A stretch of DNA of 54,859 nt from Acidimicrobiales bacterium (GTDB lineage Bacteria > Actinomycetota > Acidimicrobiia > Acidimicrobiales > Bog-793). Below are positions 30,094-38,233 of this stretch, piece by piece. The stretch's first letter is position 1, and every line of letters starts with the position of its first letter. The translations under genes were made by a program, and so were the position numbers. The notes under the pieces are model-generated. The model was not told the origin of the DNA. It made no database searches and was given only the letters and a program-made list of their open reading frames with translations. The DNA is taken from the NCBI GenBank assembly GCA_052146895.1, contig JBKQLZ010000240.1, positions 1-54,859 on the forward strand. The letters are read 5' to 3'.

Positions 30094-31886
30094 CGCAGAT
30101 GAACGTAGCGGCCCGGTGCGGGGTCGAGCGGCGGATAGTCGTCGCTCCCGAGCATGACCGGCGCCGGACGCAGTGCGCCGGAGTGGCGCTCGAGCCACGC
30201 GTGCCAGTGGTCCCACCAGCTGCCCTCGTTACGGGTGGCACCCTCCATCCAGTCGGCTCCTGACGGAGGAGGCTTACCGGACCGGGTGAGATAAGACGAC
30301 CGCTTGTTTGTCGGCGGGTTGACGATCGCCTGTATGTGGCCGCTCGTGCTCAGCACAAACTCGCTCTTCCCGCCGACCATCTGGGTGGTTTGATAGGCAC
30401 CGGCCCAAGGAATGATGTGGTCCGTCGATCCGGCGACGACATAGGTGTCGCACACCACCGCACCGAGATCGACCGGTGTGCCCAACACCGAGACAGTGTT
30501 CGGCGCGGCGAGCGCGTTCGATCCGAAGAGGTCCAAGAAGTCCGAGTGCAATCCCGCTGGGAGGCGCGTCGTGTCAGCGTTCCAGTACAAGATGTCGAAG
30601 GCCGGAGGGTTCTCCCCGAGCAGGTAGTTGTTGACCCAGTAGTTCCATACGAGGTCGTTCGGGCGGAGCCAGGCGAATACCCTGCCCAGGTCTGCGCCTT
30701 CGAGTACGCCGGCGCGCTGCGACCGCGCCCGTGCCGCCTCAACCGCTGCCGTAGACGCGAGATCGCCGACTGTCGACTGCGCGCTGGTGTCGAGCCCGGC
30801 GACCATGAACGTCGCCGAGTGGACGAGTGGCTCGCCGGTTGCGGCAAGGTGGCCCAGCAGGCAGGCCAGAGTGATTCCCCCCGCGCACATGCCGAGCACG
30901 TTCGCATCGGTCGTCCCGGCGATGTCGCATGCAACCTCGACGGCCTCCTTGCACGCGGCGACGTAGGTGCCGAGGTTCCAGTCTCGCTCAGTGGCCGTCG
31001 GATTCCGCCAGCTGACCGCGAAGTACGGGATGCGCGCCGACACAGTGTGCTCAACGAGGCTCCGGCCGGGCGCCAGGTCGGTGATGTAGTACTTGTTGAT
31101 CTGCGGCGGGATCGCGACGAGCGGGCGCTCGAAGGTTTGGTCCGTGCTGGGTGCGTATTGAATCAGCTCGAACACCTCGCTTCGGTGGACGACCTGTCCC
31201 GGCGTCACCGCGAGGTTGCCGCCGACCTCGAATGGGCGGGTGTCGACCATCGACGGCATGCCACCGTTGTGACGAATGTCGTGCCCGAAGTGCCGAAGTC
31301 CGTGGACCAGGCTTTGCCCCCGGGTCTCGACCGCCTTCGCCAGCGCTCCGGGGTTGCCGAGAAGTGTGTTGGTAGGTGCTACGGCCTCTGTGAACAGCGA
31401 CACGGCGAAACGAGCCCTTTCCCGGCTCTTTCGATCCAAGTCCACCTCGTCAACGAGACGGAGGAGGGCTCGACGCTCGATCAAGTAGGCCTGCAGGAGC
31501 CGCCGGTAGAGCGGGTTGTCGCGCCACGCCGCGTGGCTGAAACGCTTGTCTCCTGGCTCGGGAGCAACGTCGCTGCGACCGACGACCACCTTGATCAGCT
31601 GACCGGCAGCGTCCAACGCGTCCGCCGCTGCCACTCCTGGCTCCACCGCGACCCGGCGGGCGAGCCGAGTCAACGCGGCGAGGATCTGGCGGCGGCTTAG
31701 TCCGACGAACGGGTTCGCGCCCAGGATCGGCGGGTCGTCGCGGTCGAAGGCCCCGTTCGATGACGAGGGCTTGTCCGCGGTCACAGGAAGCCCCGAGCGA
31801 TCAGCATGATGGACCGATCGCGAGAAGAATACCTTCAGCGAGTGCTCCTCGAGGCCCCACCAGGCGACTCGGGAGTTCAGCATCAT
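30090..31886 (-). CDS. phaC: Class I/II poly(R)-hydroxyalkanoate synthase
   Basis: Lipase-box GMCAGG, NDLVWNYWVNNYLLG, DILYWNADTTRLP and STSGHIQAIVNPP motifs. I chose the ATG-ATG at 31886/31883 as start, but TTG 31913 is also possible. Confidence 0.92.
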   Translation of the reverse strand: MMLNSRVAWWGLEEHSLKVFFSRSVHHADRSGLPVTADKPSSSNGAFDRDDPPILGANPFVGLSRRQILAALTRLARRVAVEPGVAAADALDAAGQLIKVVVGRSDVAPEPGDKRFSHAAWRDNPLYRRLLQAYLIERRALLRLVDEVDLDRKSRERARFAVSLFTEAVAPTNTLLGNPGALAKAVETRGQSLVHGLRHFGHDIRHNGGMPSMVDTRPFEVGGNLAVTPGQVVHRSEVFELIQYAPSTDQTFERPLVAIPPQINKYYITDLAPGRSLVEHTVSARIPYFAVSWRNPTATERDWNLGTYVAACKEAVEVACDIAGTTDANVLGMCAGGITLACLLGHLAATGEPLVHSATFMVAGLDTSAQSTVGDLASTAAVEAARARSQRAGVLEGADLGRVFAWLRPNDLVWNYWVNNYLLGENPPAFDILYWNADTTRLPAGLHSDFLDLFGSNALAAPNTVSVLGTPVDLGAVVCDTYVVAGSTDHIIPWAGAYQTTQMVGGKSEFVLSTSGHIQAIVNPPTNKRSSYLTRSGKPPPSGADWMEGATRNEGSWWDHWHAWLERHSGALRPAPVMLGSDDYPPLDPAPGRYVHLR

Positions 31887-31916
31887 GGCAAGCAGCGGCA
31901 AGAGAGCCCGCAAGCC

Positions 31917-32426
31917 TCAGATCGTTGCGAGCTCGATGTTGTAGAGGTCGAGCGTCACAGCGTCGAACGCGACTAGCCGTATCACCTGGACCTGAGACGG
32001 CGTCGCCGACAGCGTGTGGACAGCGATCCTCGCTGCCTCACCGGGCGGGTAGCCATACACTCCGGTGGCGATTGCAGGGAATGCGATCGTCCTGACACCA
32101 ACCTCGTCAGCGACCTCCAGGCATCGGCGGTAACAGGACTCGAGAAGCTGTGCCTCTCCGTAGGAGCCTCCGTCCCATACGGGACCAACCGTGTGAATGA
32201 TGTACCGGACGGGCGGATCGAGCCGGAACGCGGGCGTGGCCATCGCATTCCCCGTGTCGCATGGTGCCATCGCCGCGCCGGCCTTCGCTAACTCCGGGCC
32301 GGCAGCGCTGTGCACCGCCCAGTCAACTCCGCCGCCGCCCATGAGCGACCCATTCGCTGCTGTGACGATGGCATCCACCGCCTGATCGACGATGTCACCG
32401 AATACCGCCTCGATGCGGGTTCGCAT
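31917..32426 (-). CDS. Macro domain protein (O-acetyl-ADP-ribose deacetylase / ADP-ribose-binding, YmdB-like)
   Basis: GDIVDQAVDAIVTAANGSLMGGGGVDWAVHSAAGPEL, IIHTVGPVW and IAFPAIATGVYGYP are classic macro-domain motifs. 169 aa. Confidence 0.92.
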   Translation of the reverse strand: MRTRIEAVFGDIVDQAVDAIVTAANGSLMGGGGVDWAVHSAAGPELAKAGAAMAPCDTGNAMATPAFRLDPPVRYIIHTVGPVWDGGSYGEAQLLESCYRRCLEVADEVGVRTIAFPAIATGVYGYPPGEAARIAVHTLSATPSQVQVIRLVAFDAVTLDLYNIELATI

Positions 32427-32495
32427 CTCTCAATCATGGCGCTCCGAGCCGGCCCGTTCAGCCTGTGGCTCATTGACGGTTGACACCACCCCGCC

Positions 32496-33071
32496 TTACA
32501 CATCGGGCGAGAGCTTGCGATAGCGGCCGCGATATCGGACCAGTGGTTGCCCGGCATCTTCCACGAGATCCGCTGCCTCGACGCGCCCTCGCACGAGCAT
32601 CTGGAAGCCCGCCTCCTCGGATCCGACGAGGCGACATCCGAGGGTGTGACGACTGCCCCCGATGACCGGTCCGAACTCGCCTTCGGCGGTGCCGACCTCT
32701 TCGAAAGGGTCGACCGGATAGGCGCCGGCGAAGACTCCAGCAAGTCTTTGATCGCTCGTCTCGAGCACGTGGACGACGAAACCACCGGTCTCGACCAGCA
32801 CGTCGAATAGGTCCGACAGCGGATCGAGCAAGCCGAACACCTCCGCACGATCACCTTCGGCGAGGAGCAGCGACGATATGGTCAGTCCGGCGCGCCGGTC
32901 GCCTGAGCCAGCGGTCCAGACCGTTACCGGGGCAGCGAGGCGGCCCCGCAAACGCCGGTCCAGCCGACGCTGTTCCAGCGGTGTCGCGAACGGGTCGTCG
33001 GAGCTGAGGCCGCTGTGGCGGGTCTCTGGAGGACCGGGGAACCCGAGCGGAGAGTCGGGAGAGTCAGCCAC
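32496..33071 (-). CDS. Flavin reductase-like (FMN-binding split-barrel) domain protein
   Basis: LRGRLAAPVTVWTAGSGDRRAGLTISSL and GFVVHVL match the flavin reductase-like domain. The start is uncertain (GTG 33071 or GTG 33122), and the longer form overlaps the macro remnant. Confidence 0.7.
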   Translation of the reverse strand: MADSPDSPLGFPGPPETRHSGLSSDDPFATPLEQRRLDRRLRGRLAAPVTVWTAGSGDRRAGLTISSLLLAEGDRAEVFGLLDPLSDLFDVLVETGGFVVHVLETSDQRLAGVFAGAYPVDPFEEVGTAEGEFGPVIGGSRHTLGCRLVGSEEAGFQMLVRGRVEAADLVEDAGQPLVRYRGRYRKLSPDV

Positions 33072-33177
33072 AGTCTTTGGCGATCGCTGCGCAAGCGCCC
33101 ACGAGGTCTGGCCCGGCTTCACAACGGACGGTCCGGTCGATGATGTCGCCGAGGACAGCCTCGATCCGCGTTCTCAT
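33064..33177 (-). pseudogene. Remnant of a second macro-domain gene (internal deletion plus truncation)
   Basis: It encodes MRTRIEAVLGDIIDRTV//RCEAGPDLVGACAAIAKDCG*. The intact paralog reads MRTRIEAVFGDIVDQAV DAIVTAANGSLMGGGGVDWAVHS AAGPELAKAGAAMAPCDTG, so the ~22 codons holding the GGGV core are missing. DNA similarity extends ~20 nt upstream of both ATGs. Confidence 0.6.
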
Positions 33178-33207
33178 CACTCCATCATGGACGAGTCCCT
33201 TGTCTTC

Positions 33208-33241
33208 CGTAGGCCGCCTGGGTCTCGAACCCGGCGCTTGG
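33208..33241 (-). repeat. Degenerate copy of the 3' half (T-arm + acceptor) of tRNA-Lys, a direct repeat of 36474-36511
   Basis: Plus strand cgtaggccgcctgggtctcgaacccggcgcttgg versus the tRNA gene ggtgggccgcccgggtctcgaacccggcaccttgg. Identical runs are gggtctcgaacccggc (16 nt) and ggccgcc (7 nt). There is no matching 5' acceptor strand upstream, so it is not a full tRNA. Confidence 0.65.
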
Positions 33242-33244
33242 CGG

Positions 33245-33538
33245 CTACTTGGGTCGAGGATCAATCCGGCTCCGTAAGCGCGCCATAGCCAGCTTTACCG
33301 ACTCGTCCATCGGGGGGGTTGACTCAATGTCGATCAATTTCCGTCGACTCGTTGCGCCGCGAACAAGGGTCACTGAGCGTCGGGGAACTGCTAGCGCATC
33401 GGCAACAGCTCGTAGCGCGGCGTTCGTGGCTCTCCCCCCATCGGCCGGTTCGACCACACGAACCACAAGAGCTCCGTCGTGCTCTCCGCCGACCGAGGTT
33501 CTTGACGCTCCCGGCCGGACGTGTATAGCGACGCGCAT
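33245..33538 (-). CDS. DUF167 (YggU) family protein
   Basis: MRVAIHVRPGASRTSVGGEHDGALVVRVVEPADGGRATNAALRAVADALAVPRRSVTLVRGATSRRKLIDI is the typical DUF167 pattern. A ~25-aa tail ends 3 nt from the tRNA-like fragment. Confidence 0.85.
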   Translation of the reverse strand: MRVAIHVRPGASRTSVGGEHDGALVVRVVEPADGGRATNAALRAVADALAVPRRSVTLVRGATSRRKLIDIESTPPMDESVKLAMARLRSRIDPRPK

Positions 33539-33625
33539 CGTGCCAGTCTGCTCGACGGTGTCAGCACGCGAGGCAGTGGCCGGGCCCGTAGCAATGTCGC
33601 GACGAGACTGGAGCTAGGGAGAGGG

Positions 33626-34372
33626 TTAGATGCTCGAGAGAAGCGCGGATAGGACGGCGTCGGTCTGCGCTCGCGTGGTGTCCTCGGGTCTCCAGGTGGC
33701 AGCGATGTCGAGCGCGACCACCGGCCGTGCCCGCACGATGGCGCGCACGGCATCGGCGACGTCTCGAAGAGACGGTCCGCCGGGTGCAGGGAAGCGAAGG
33801 CCACCTAGCTCGGCCGGGTCGATGGTGTCGACATCGACGTGGACGACCATCGGGCCTTCGGGCAGACGGTCGGCATCTAATTCGGCAACCGACACATGCG
33901 TCACCTTCGAGCCACCGAGCGCCTCAGCTTCAGCGGGGTCGAGGTCCCGACCGTCGACGAGAGTGACCGACCCCTCTCCGAGTGAGGCGAGACCGAGAGC
34001 TCCGGGCAGGGTGAGATCGCCGCGGCCGACCGCCTTGGCCAGCGGCAGGCCGCCCAAGTAGCCCGAGGTCGTCGAAGCCTCCGTGTGAAAGTCCCCGTGA
34101 GCGTCGAACCAGACGAGAGACGGACGGATACCACGGCGCTGGACTCCCGCCAGGACCGCCAGCGACGCGACGCAGTCGCCGCTGAGGACGACCGTTGGCA
34201 CTGCGTCGTCTCGCGCCACTTCGTCCGCGAGCGGGGCGTACACGCCGATCAAGTCCCGCCACGGACTGCCCGTCGAGCCCAGCCTCCCCTTGAGCTGGAC
34301 CGTTCCCGCCGGCAGCGTGACGTTCAGGCCACTCAGCAACCGGTCGTTCAAATGCCAGGGCAGGAGCAGCAT
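33626..34372 (-). CDS. Arginase/ureohydrolase family protein (short, atypical first metal motif)
   Basis: VWFDAHGDFHT (DAHxD) and VVHVDVDTIDP (DxDxxDP) are present, but the GGDHS-type motif reads LSGDCVAS. Trimmed to ATG 34372, giving 248 aa. Confidence 0.85.
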   Translation of the reverse strand: MLLLPWHLNDRLLSGLNVTLPAGTVQLKGRLGSTGSPWRDLIGVYAPLADEVARDDAVPTVVLSGDCVASLAVLAGVQRRGIRPSLVWFDAHGDFHTEASTTSGYLGGLPLAKAVGRGDLTLPGALGLASLGEGSVTLVDGRDLDPAEAEALGGSKVTHVSVAELDADRLPEGPMVVHVDVDTIDPAELGGLRFPAPGGPSLRDVADAVRAIVRARPVVALDIAATWRPEDTTRAQTDAVLSALLSSI

Positions 34373-34516
34373 GCAAGGCAATCCTACGGGCCATAAACGC
34401 AGCAGCGTGTTGGTCCGGCCTGACGCGGAACCGTCACACGCGCTGGCTTCCGCGGGCATTCGCCACGTGTCGGCGAGCCCGCTTGAGAGGGCGCTGGACG
34501 CGAGCGCGTGGGCTCA

Positions 34517-35014
34517 TCACTCGGGAGGCTGGGCTGGCCGTCGTGCGTCTGCGGTAGCCGCCAACTGGCGGCGGAACCCATAAACCGTCGCATCGACGAC
34601 CCGGTCGTGTCCCCAGCGGAGCGCCGGGTAAGCGAATCTGGCCGCAATGCGCATTGGCCGCTGCATCATCTCGACCGTCCAGGTCACTAGGGCGAGCGTC
34701 CCGTCGCCGTCCGCGGACAGTTCAAGCCGACCGTGGCCCTCGAGGTCGCCATGCACGGCGGCCTCGATAGACGATGGTCGTACGCACTGCTCCAGCTCGA
34801 CTCGGATGCGCATGTGATACCGGAGCGGTGGCGACACCACGCCGACGAGCACCGATCCCTCTTCCAGTCCGGAGCCCTCCAGGCGAAAGTCGCCGAGCCA
34901 GCTCCACCATGTCTCGAACTCCCCGGTGCGCTCCATCGCATCCCACACCGTCTCCGGCGAGACCCCGAACCGGAACGTCCCCTGGTAGTCGATTACCGGC
35001 GCCGATAGAGCCAC
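34517..35014 (-). CDS. SRPBCC (START/polyketide cyclase-like) family protein
   Basis: 165 aa with a GTG start. The VSPETVWDAMERTGEFETWWSWL and TLALVTWTVEM patterns are typical of SRPBCC ligand-binding proteins. Confidence 0.8.
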   Translation of the reverse strand: MALSAPVIDYQGTFRFGVSPETVWDAMERTGEFETWWSWLGDFRLEGSGLEEGSVLVGVVSPPLRYHMRIRVELEQCVRPSSIEAAVHGDLEGHGRLELSADGDGTLALVTWTVEMMQRPMRIAARFAYPALRWGHDRVVDATVYGFRRQLAATADARRPAQPPE

Positions 35015-35142
35015 CCAGCCAAGCTACCTACGAATATCGTCGTGAGGCCGGTGTCGTCGTCTCGGCAGGACCGGGAGCCCGACCGGAGGTGCGTACAGTC
35101 AGTCAGGGTCAGAGCCGATGTTGGGTGGCTGTTGGGTACGAG

Positions 35143-35640
35143 TCATTCCGCCTTGGACCGGCGGCGACGCGTTACAGACGGCTTGTCTGCTCCGAGCATC
35201 ACACGAGTCAGCCTGTTCCTGTCATCGAGGAGCTGGTCAAGCGCTGCACCAACGTTCTCGTCTGTGACACGAAGGGGTCCGTCCGGCACATCGTCCGAAG
35301 ACAGCGCCTCCAGCGCCGACCGTCGGAGCAGCTCCTTGATGAACGAAGCCGTGACACCTTCGGTTCGGCTTACGACCACGTCCCCTTGTTCCGCAACGGG
35401 TACTCGGCCTCGGATACGTCGCTGCGGAACTCAGCAGGGCGCTTTCGCCTGGCTCTGTCTTCACGACTCTTGTGGAGGCTTCCGAGTTCTTCGAGGCGGC
35501 ACCATGCACCTAGCGTCACCGGGGGGACGAGGTTCATCGGAGGTCACCTCGCCAGGATTCTGTCGAAGCTATGTGGGTCGCCTGCCGTCGGATCTCGACC
35601 GAAACGTACCGATGAGTTGCGACGAATCGAGCCGTCAGAG
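35143..35640 (-). pseudogene. Decayed 3' part of an AAA+ ATPase gene
   Basis: The 78-aa ORF 35143..35379 encodes an AAA lid-like segment (SRTEGVTASFIKELLRRSALEAL). Upstream, an in-frame stop lies at 35431-35433 and a frame-shifted HSFDRILAR (GRFDR-like) piece sits near 35545-35570. There is no Walker A/B region, because the DHFR-family gene on the other strand occupies that space. Confidence 0.5.
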
Positions 35641-35673
35641 TAGGTAGCGTCGCGCTCAACCGGAGGAGTATGC

Positions 35674-36210
35674 ATGCGCAAGGTGGTGTTGTACGAGCTG
35701 TTGTCCCTCGATGGAGTAGCCGAGGACCCGGACAAGTTCGTCACCGACTGGGATGAGGCGATGGATGCCAACCTCGCCGCTGTCATCGCCACCCAGGACG
35801 CGGTAGTTCTCGGCCGTCGCAGCTATGACGAGTGGTCTGAGTTTTGGCCAGGCAGCGAGATCGAGCCATTCGCTACGTTCATCAACGACGTCGCAAAGTA
35901 CGTCGCATCTTCCACACCGCTGGGGCGGCAGTGGCACAACGCGACAGCGATCGAAGGCGGATTGGCTCAGTTCGTGCAGAACCTCAAGAAGTCGTCCGGC
36001 GGTGACATTGGCGTCCACGCCAGCATCTCGGTCGCCCAAGGACTGCTCGCAGCGGACGCCATCGATGAAGTACGGCTCGTCGTCGCACCGGCGATCGCTG
36101 GCCGTGGGCGACGGCTCTTGGACGGACTGCCGCCGATTCGCCTCGAATCGCTCCGTAGCGCGACGTCGCCCAGGGGTTACCTGCTTGCCGACTATCGCAT
36201 CTCGCGGTGA
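35674..36210 (+). CDS. Dihydrofolate reductase family protein (RibD C-terminal domain type)
   Basis: MRKVVLYELLSLDGVAEDPD, VVLGRRSYDEW and DEVRLVVAPAIAGRGRRL are typical of this family. Confidence 0.88.
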   Translation: MRKVVLYELLSLDGVAEDPDKFVTDWDEAMDANLAAVIATQDAVVLGRRSYDEWSEFWPGSEIEPFATFINDVAKYVASSTPLGRQWHNATAIEGGLAQFVQNLKKSSGGDIGVHASISVAQGLLAADAIDEVRLVVAPAIAGRGRRLLDGLPPIRLESLRSATSPRGYLLADYRISR

Positions 36211-36473
36211 CTCGGCTCGCCTGGAGCTCACAAGCCGGCCATCGCCGGCTCAAACTCGATCTCAGGCGGCGCCGGCGTTCTTCCAGCGACTCTCGATCAA
36301 GAAGGCGTCGCTTGGCGGACTGTCCCCATCGCTGCAGATTGAGGACCCGAGCTTTTTTGGCGCTCCCAGACGTCAGGCTCCCACGAATGTGGGGTGGAGT
36401 GTTGGGTCGCAGGTAGCTCGATGAGTGGTCTTGTAGCCGCTGACCTGGACAACCAACGGTGGGTGCCCAACGG

Positions 36474-36546
36474 TGGGCCGCCCGGGTCTCGAACCCGGCA
36501 CCTTGGGATTAAAAGTCCCCTGCTCTACCCGATGAGCTAGCGGCCC
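36474..36546 (-). tRNA. tRNA-Lys (anticodon UUU)
   Basis: The reverse complement GGGCCGC-TA-GCTC-ATCGGGTA-GAGC-A-GGGGA-CTTTTAA-TCCCA-AGGTG-CCGGG-TTCGAGA-CCCGG-GCGGCCC-A folds as a 73-nt cloverleaf. It has one G-A mismatch at 27:43. CCA is not encoded (CCG follows). Confidence 0.9.
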
Positions 36547-36674
36547 GAGACTGCGCAGACACCTGGCAGCCGATCCCCCGGGCGCAACCCAGGCGATCGA
36601 TCCGCCATCGTAGGCGACCACGTTCGCGCGCTCCGCACCCGCGCGCGGCGAGACCACGACGTACGCTCCTCGTC

Positions 36675-37058
36675 ATGATCAACGCGGTTCACACGCTCGT
36701 TTACTCGGACGACGCGGATGCAGCGCGCGCGTTCTTTCGCGACGTCCTCGGTTGGCCTTACGTCGACGCTCACGGTGGCTGGCTCATCTTCAAGACCGGG
36801 CCGTCGGAGCTAGGGGTCCACCCGACCTCGGCCGGTCATGAGGACGCCGACTGGTCCACAACCGCCCGACACGAGATAACGCTCATGTGCGACGACCTCG
36901 AGGGAACGGTTGCCGACTTGAAGCTCAAGGGCGCCGAGTTCACCCGCGACATCAGCGATGAAGGCTTCGGGCGGACGATCACAATGAAGGTTCCCGGTTC
37001 GATTGAGATGATGCTCTACGAACCCCGCCACCCTCCCGCGTACGACCTCGACAGCTAG
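36675..37058 (+). CDS. VOC (glyoxalase/bleomycin-resistance/dioxygenase) family protein
   Basis: 127 aa. The VYSDDADAARAFFRDVLGW N-terminus and the paired beta-alpha-beta-beta-beta pattern fit the VOC fold. Confidence 0.85.
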   Translation: MINAVHTLVYSDDADAARAFFRDVLGWPYVDAHGGWLIFKTGPSELGVHPTSAGHEDADWSTTARHEITLMCDDLEGTVADLKLKGAEFTRDISDEGFGRTITMKVPGSIEMMLYEPRHPPAYDLDS

Positions 37059-37068
37059 GAGCAGCCGT

Positions 37069-38199
37069 ATGGAAAAGCTCACGATTGACCCGGCCGCGCT
37101 CTCAGCGCTAGTCACACGCTGCCAGCGCGAGATCGACGATGGTCTCCTCCCCTCCTGCCAGATCGCCGTTGCGCAAGACGGAGAAGTGGTGCATTTCGAG
37201 ACCTTCGGAGATGCCGACCCGGACGGGCGATACGTCATCTTCTCTGCCACGAAAGCGTTCGTGGTTGGGGCGTTCTGGCTCCTCCTCGGAGAGGGGAAGG
37301 TCTCCGTCGAGGACCGCGTCGCCGACGTCATCCCGGAGTTCGGGACGAACGGCAAAGAGACGATCACAATCCGGCAACTCCTCCTTCACGAAGGAGGCTT
37401 CCCACTCGCACCGCTCGATCCTCTGTCGGAAGCCACTAACCCGGCAAGGCGCGAGCGCTTTGCCTCCTGGCGTCTCAACTGGGAGCCGGGAACTCGCTTC
37501 GAGTACCACCCGACGTCGGCCCATTGGGTCATCGCCGACATCATCGAGGCGCTTTCGGGTGAGGACTTCAGGGACTTCCTCCGTGAGCGAGTTCTCGAGC
37601 CGCTCGGCCTCCACAAGTTCCAACTTGGCGCTGCGCCAGAGACCCAGGGCAAACTCAACGTGCTCGAGCTGTGCGGAGAACGGGCAACGCTCGCGGAGCT
37701 CGCCGCGCTCGGGCTCCCTACCGAGCCAGCGGAGGCAGCCGTAAGCGACGAGTGGTTGCTCTCGCTCAACAGAGCGGACGTGCGAGCCTCCGGACTCCCG
37801 GGCGGCGGTGGCATGTCGGACGCCTCCGATGTCGCGCTCTACTACCAGGCACTCCTCCACAACCCCGACGAGCTCTGGGATCCAGCGGTGCTCGCCGCCG
37901 GCTCACGGGAAGTCCACGGGACTCTGCCAGAGCCAATGACCGGCGTCTCCTCCAATCGGGCGCTCGGTCTCGTCATCGCCGGCGAAGGCCGCGACAAAGC
38001 CATGCGCGGGTTCGGCCACACCGTGTCGTCGAGAACGTTCGGGCACGCCGGCGCCGGTGGCCAGCTCGCGTTCGCCGATCCCGACTCGGGCCTCTCGTTC
38101 TGTTACCTGACCAATGGGCTCGACGTGAACGTGATCCGTCTCAGCCGCCGCTCGACGTCGATCGCCAGCCACGCCGGCTCGCTGACAGCACCGAAATAG
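37069..38199 (+). CDS. Serine hydrolase, beta-lactamase (class C/esterase) family
   Basis: SATK (SxxK) in FSATKAFVVGAFWLL, a YHPTSAHW motif and a C-terminal HAGAGG. AGGAG lies 8 nt upstream of ATG 37069. Confidence 0.88.
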   Translation: MEKLTIDPAALSALVTRCQREIDDGLLPSCQIAVAQDGEVVHFETFGDADPDGRYVIFSATKAFVVGAFWLLLGEGKVSVEDRVADVIPEFGTNGKETITIRQLLLHEGGFPLAPLDPLSEATNPARRERFASWRLNWEPGTRFEYHPTSAHWVIADIIEALSGEDFRDFLRERVLEPLGLHKFQLGAAPETQGKLNVLELCGERATLAELAALGLPTEPAEAAVSDEWLLSLNRADVRASGLPGGGGMSDASDVALYYQALLHNPDELWDPAVLAAGSREVHGTLPEPMTGVSSNRALGLVIAGEGRDKAMRGFGHTVSSRTFGHAGAGGQLAFADPDSGLSFCYLTNGLDVNVIRLSRRSTSIASHAGSLTAPK

Positions 38200-38233
38200 C
38201 TGTCAGCCGTCACCCGAAAGCACACCGAACCTA

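Noticed and set aside
33208-33300. Possible complete (long-variable-arm) tRNA or tRNA-like gene at the DUF167 3' end
   Set aside because: I found no 5' acceptor strand complementary to GCGGCCT and could fold no D-arm or anticodon arm. The T-stem has a mismatch. I treat it as a 3'-half fragment only.
34774-35647. Plus-strand ORFs of 289 and 201 aa across the SRPBCC gene and the decayed region
   Set aside because: Their translations are Arg/Ser/Pro-rich with no motifs. They overlap the SRPBCC gene antisense and the AAA+ remnant, and the surrounding region shows frameshifted relics rather than intact genes.
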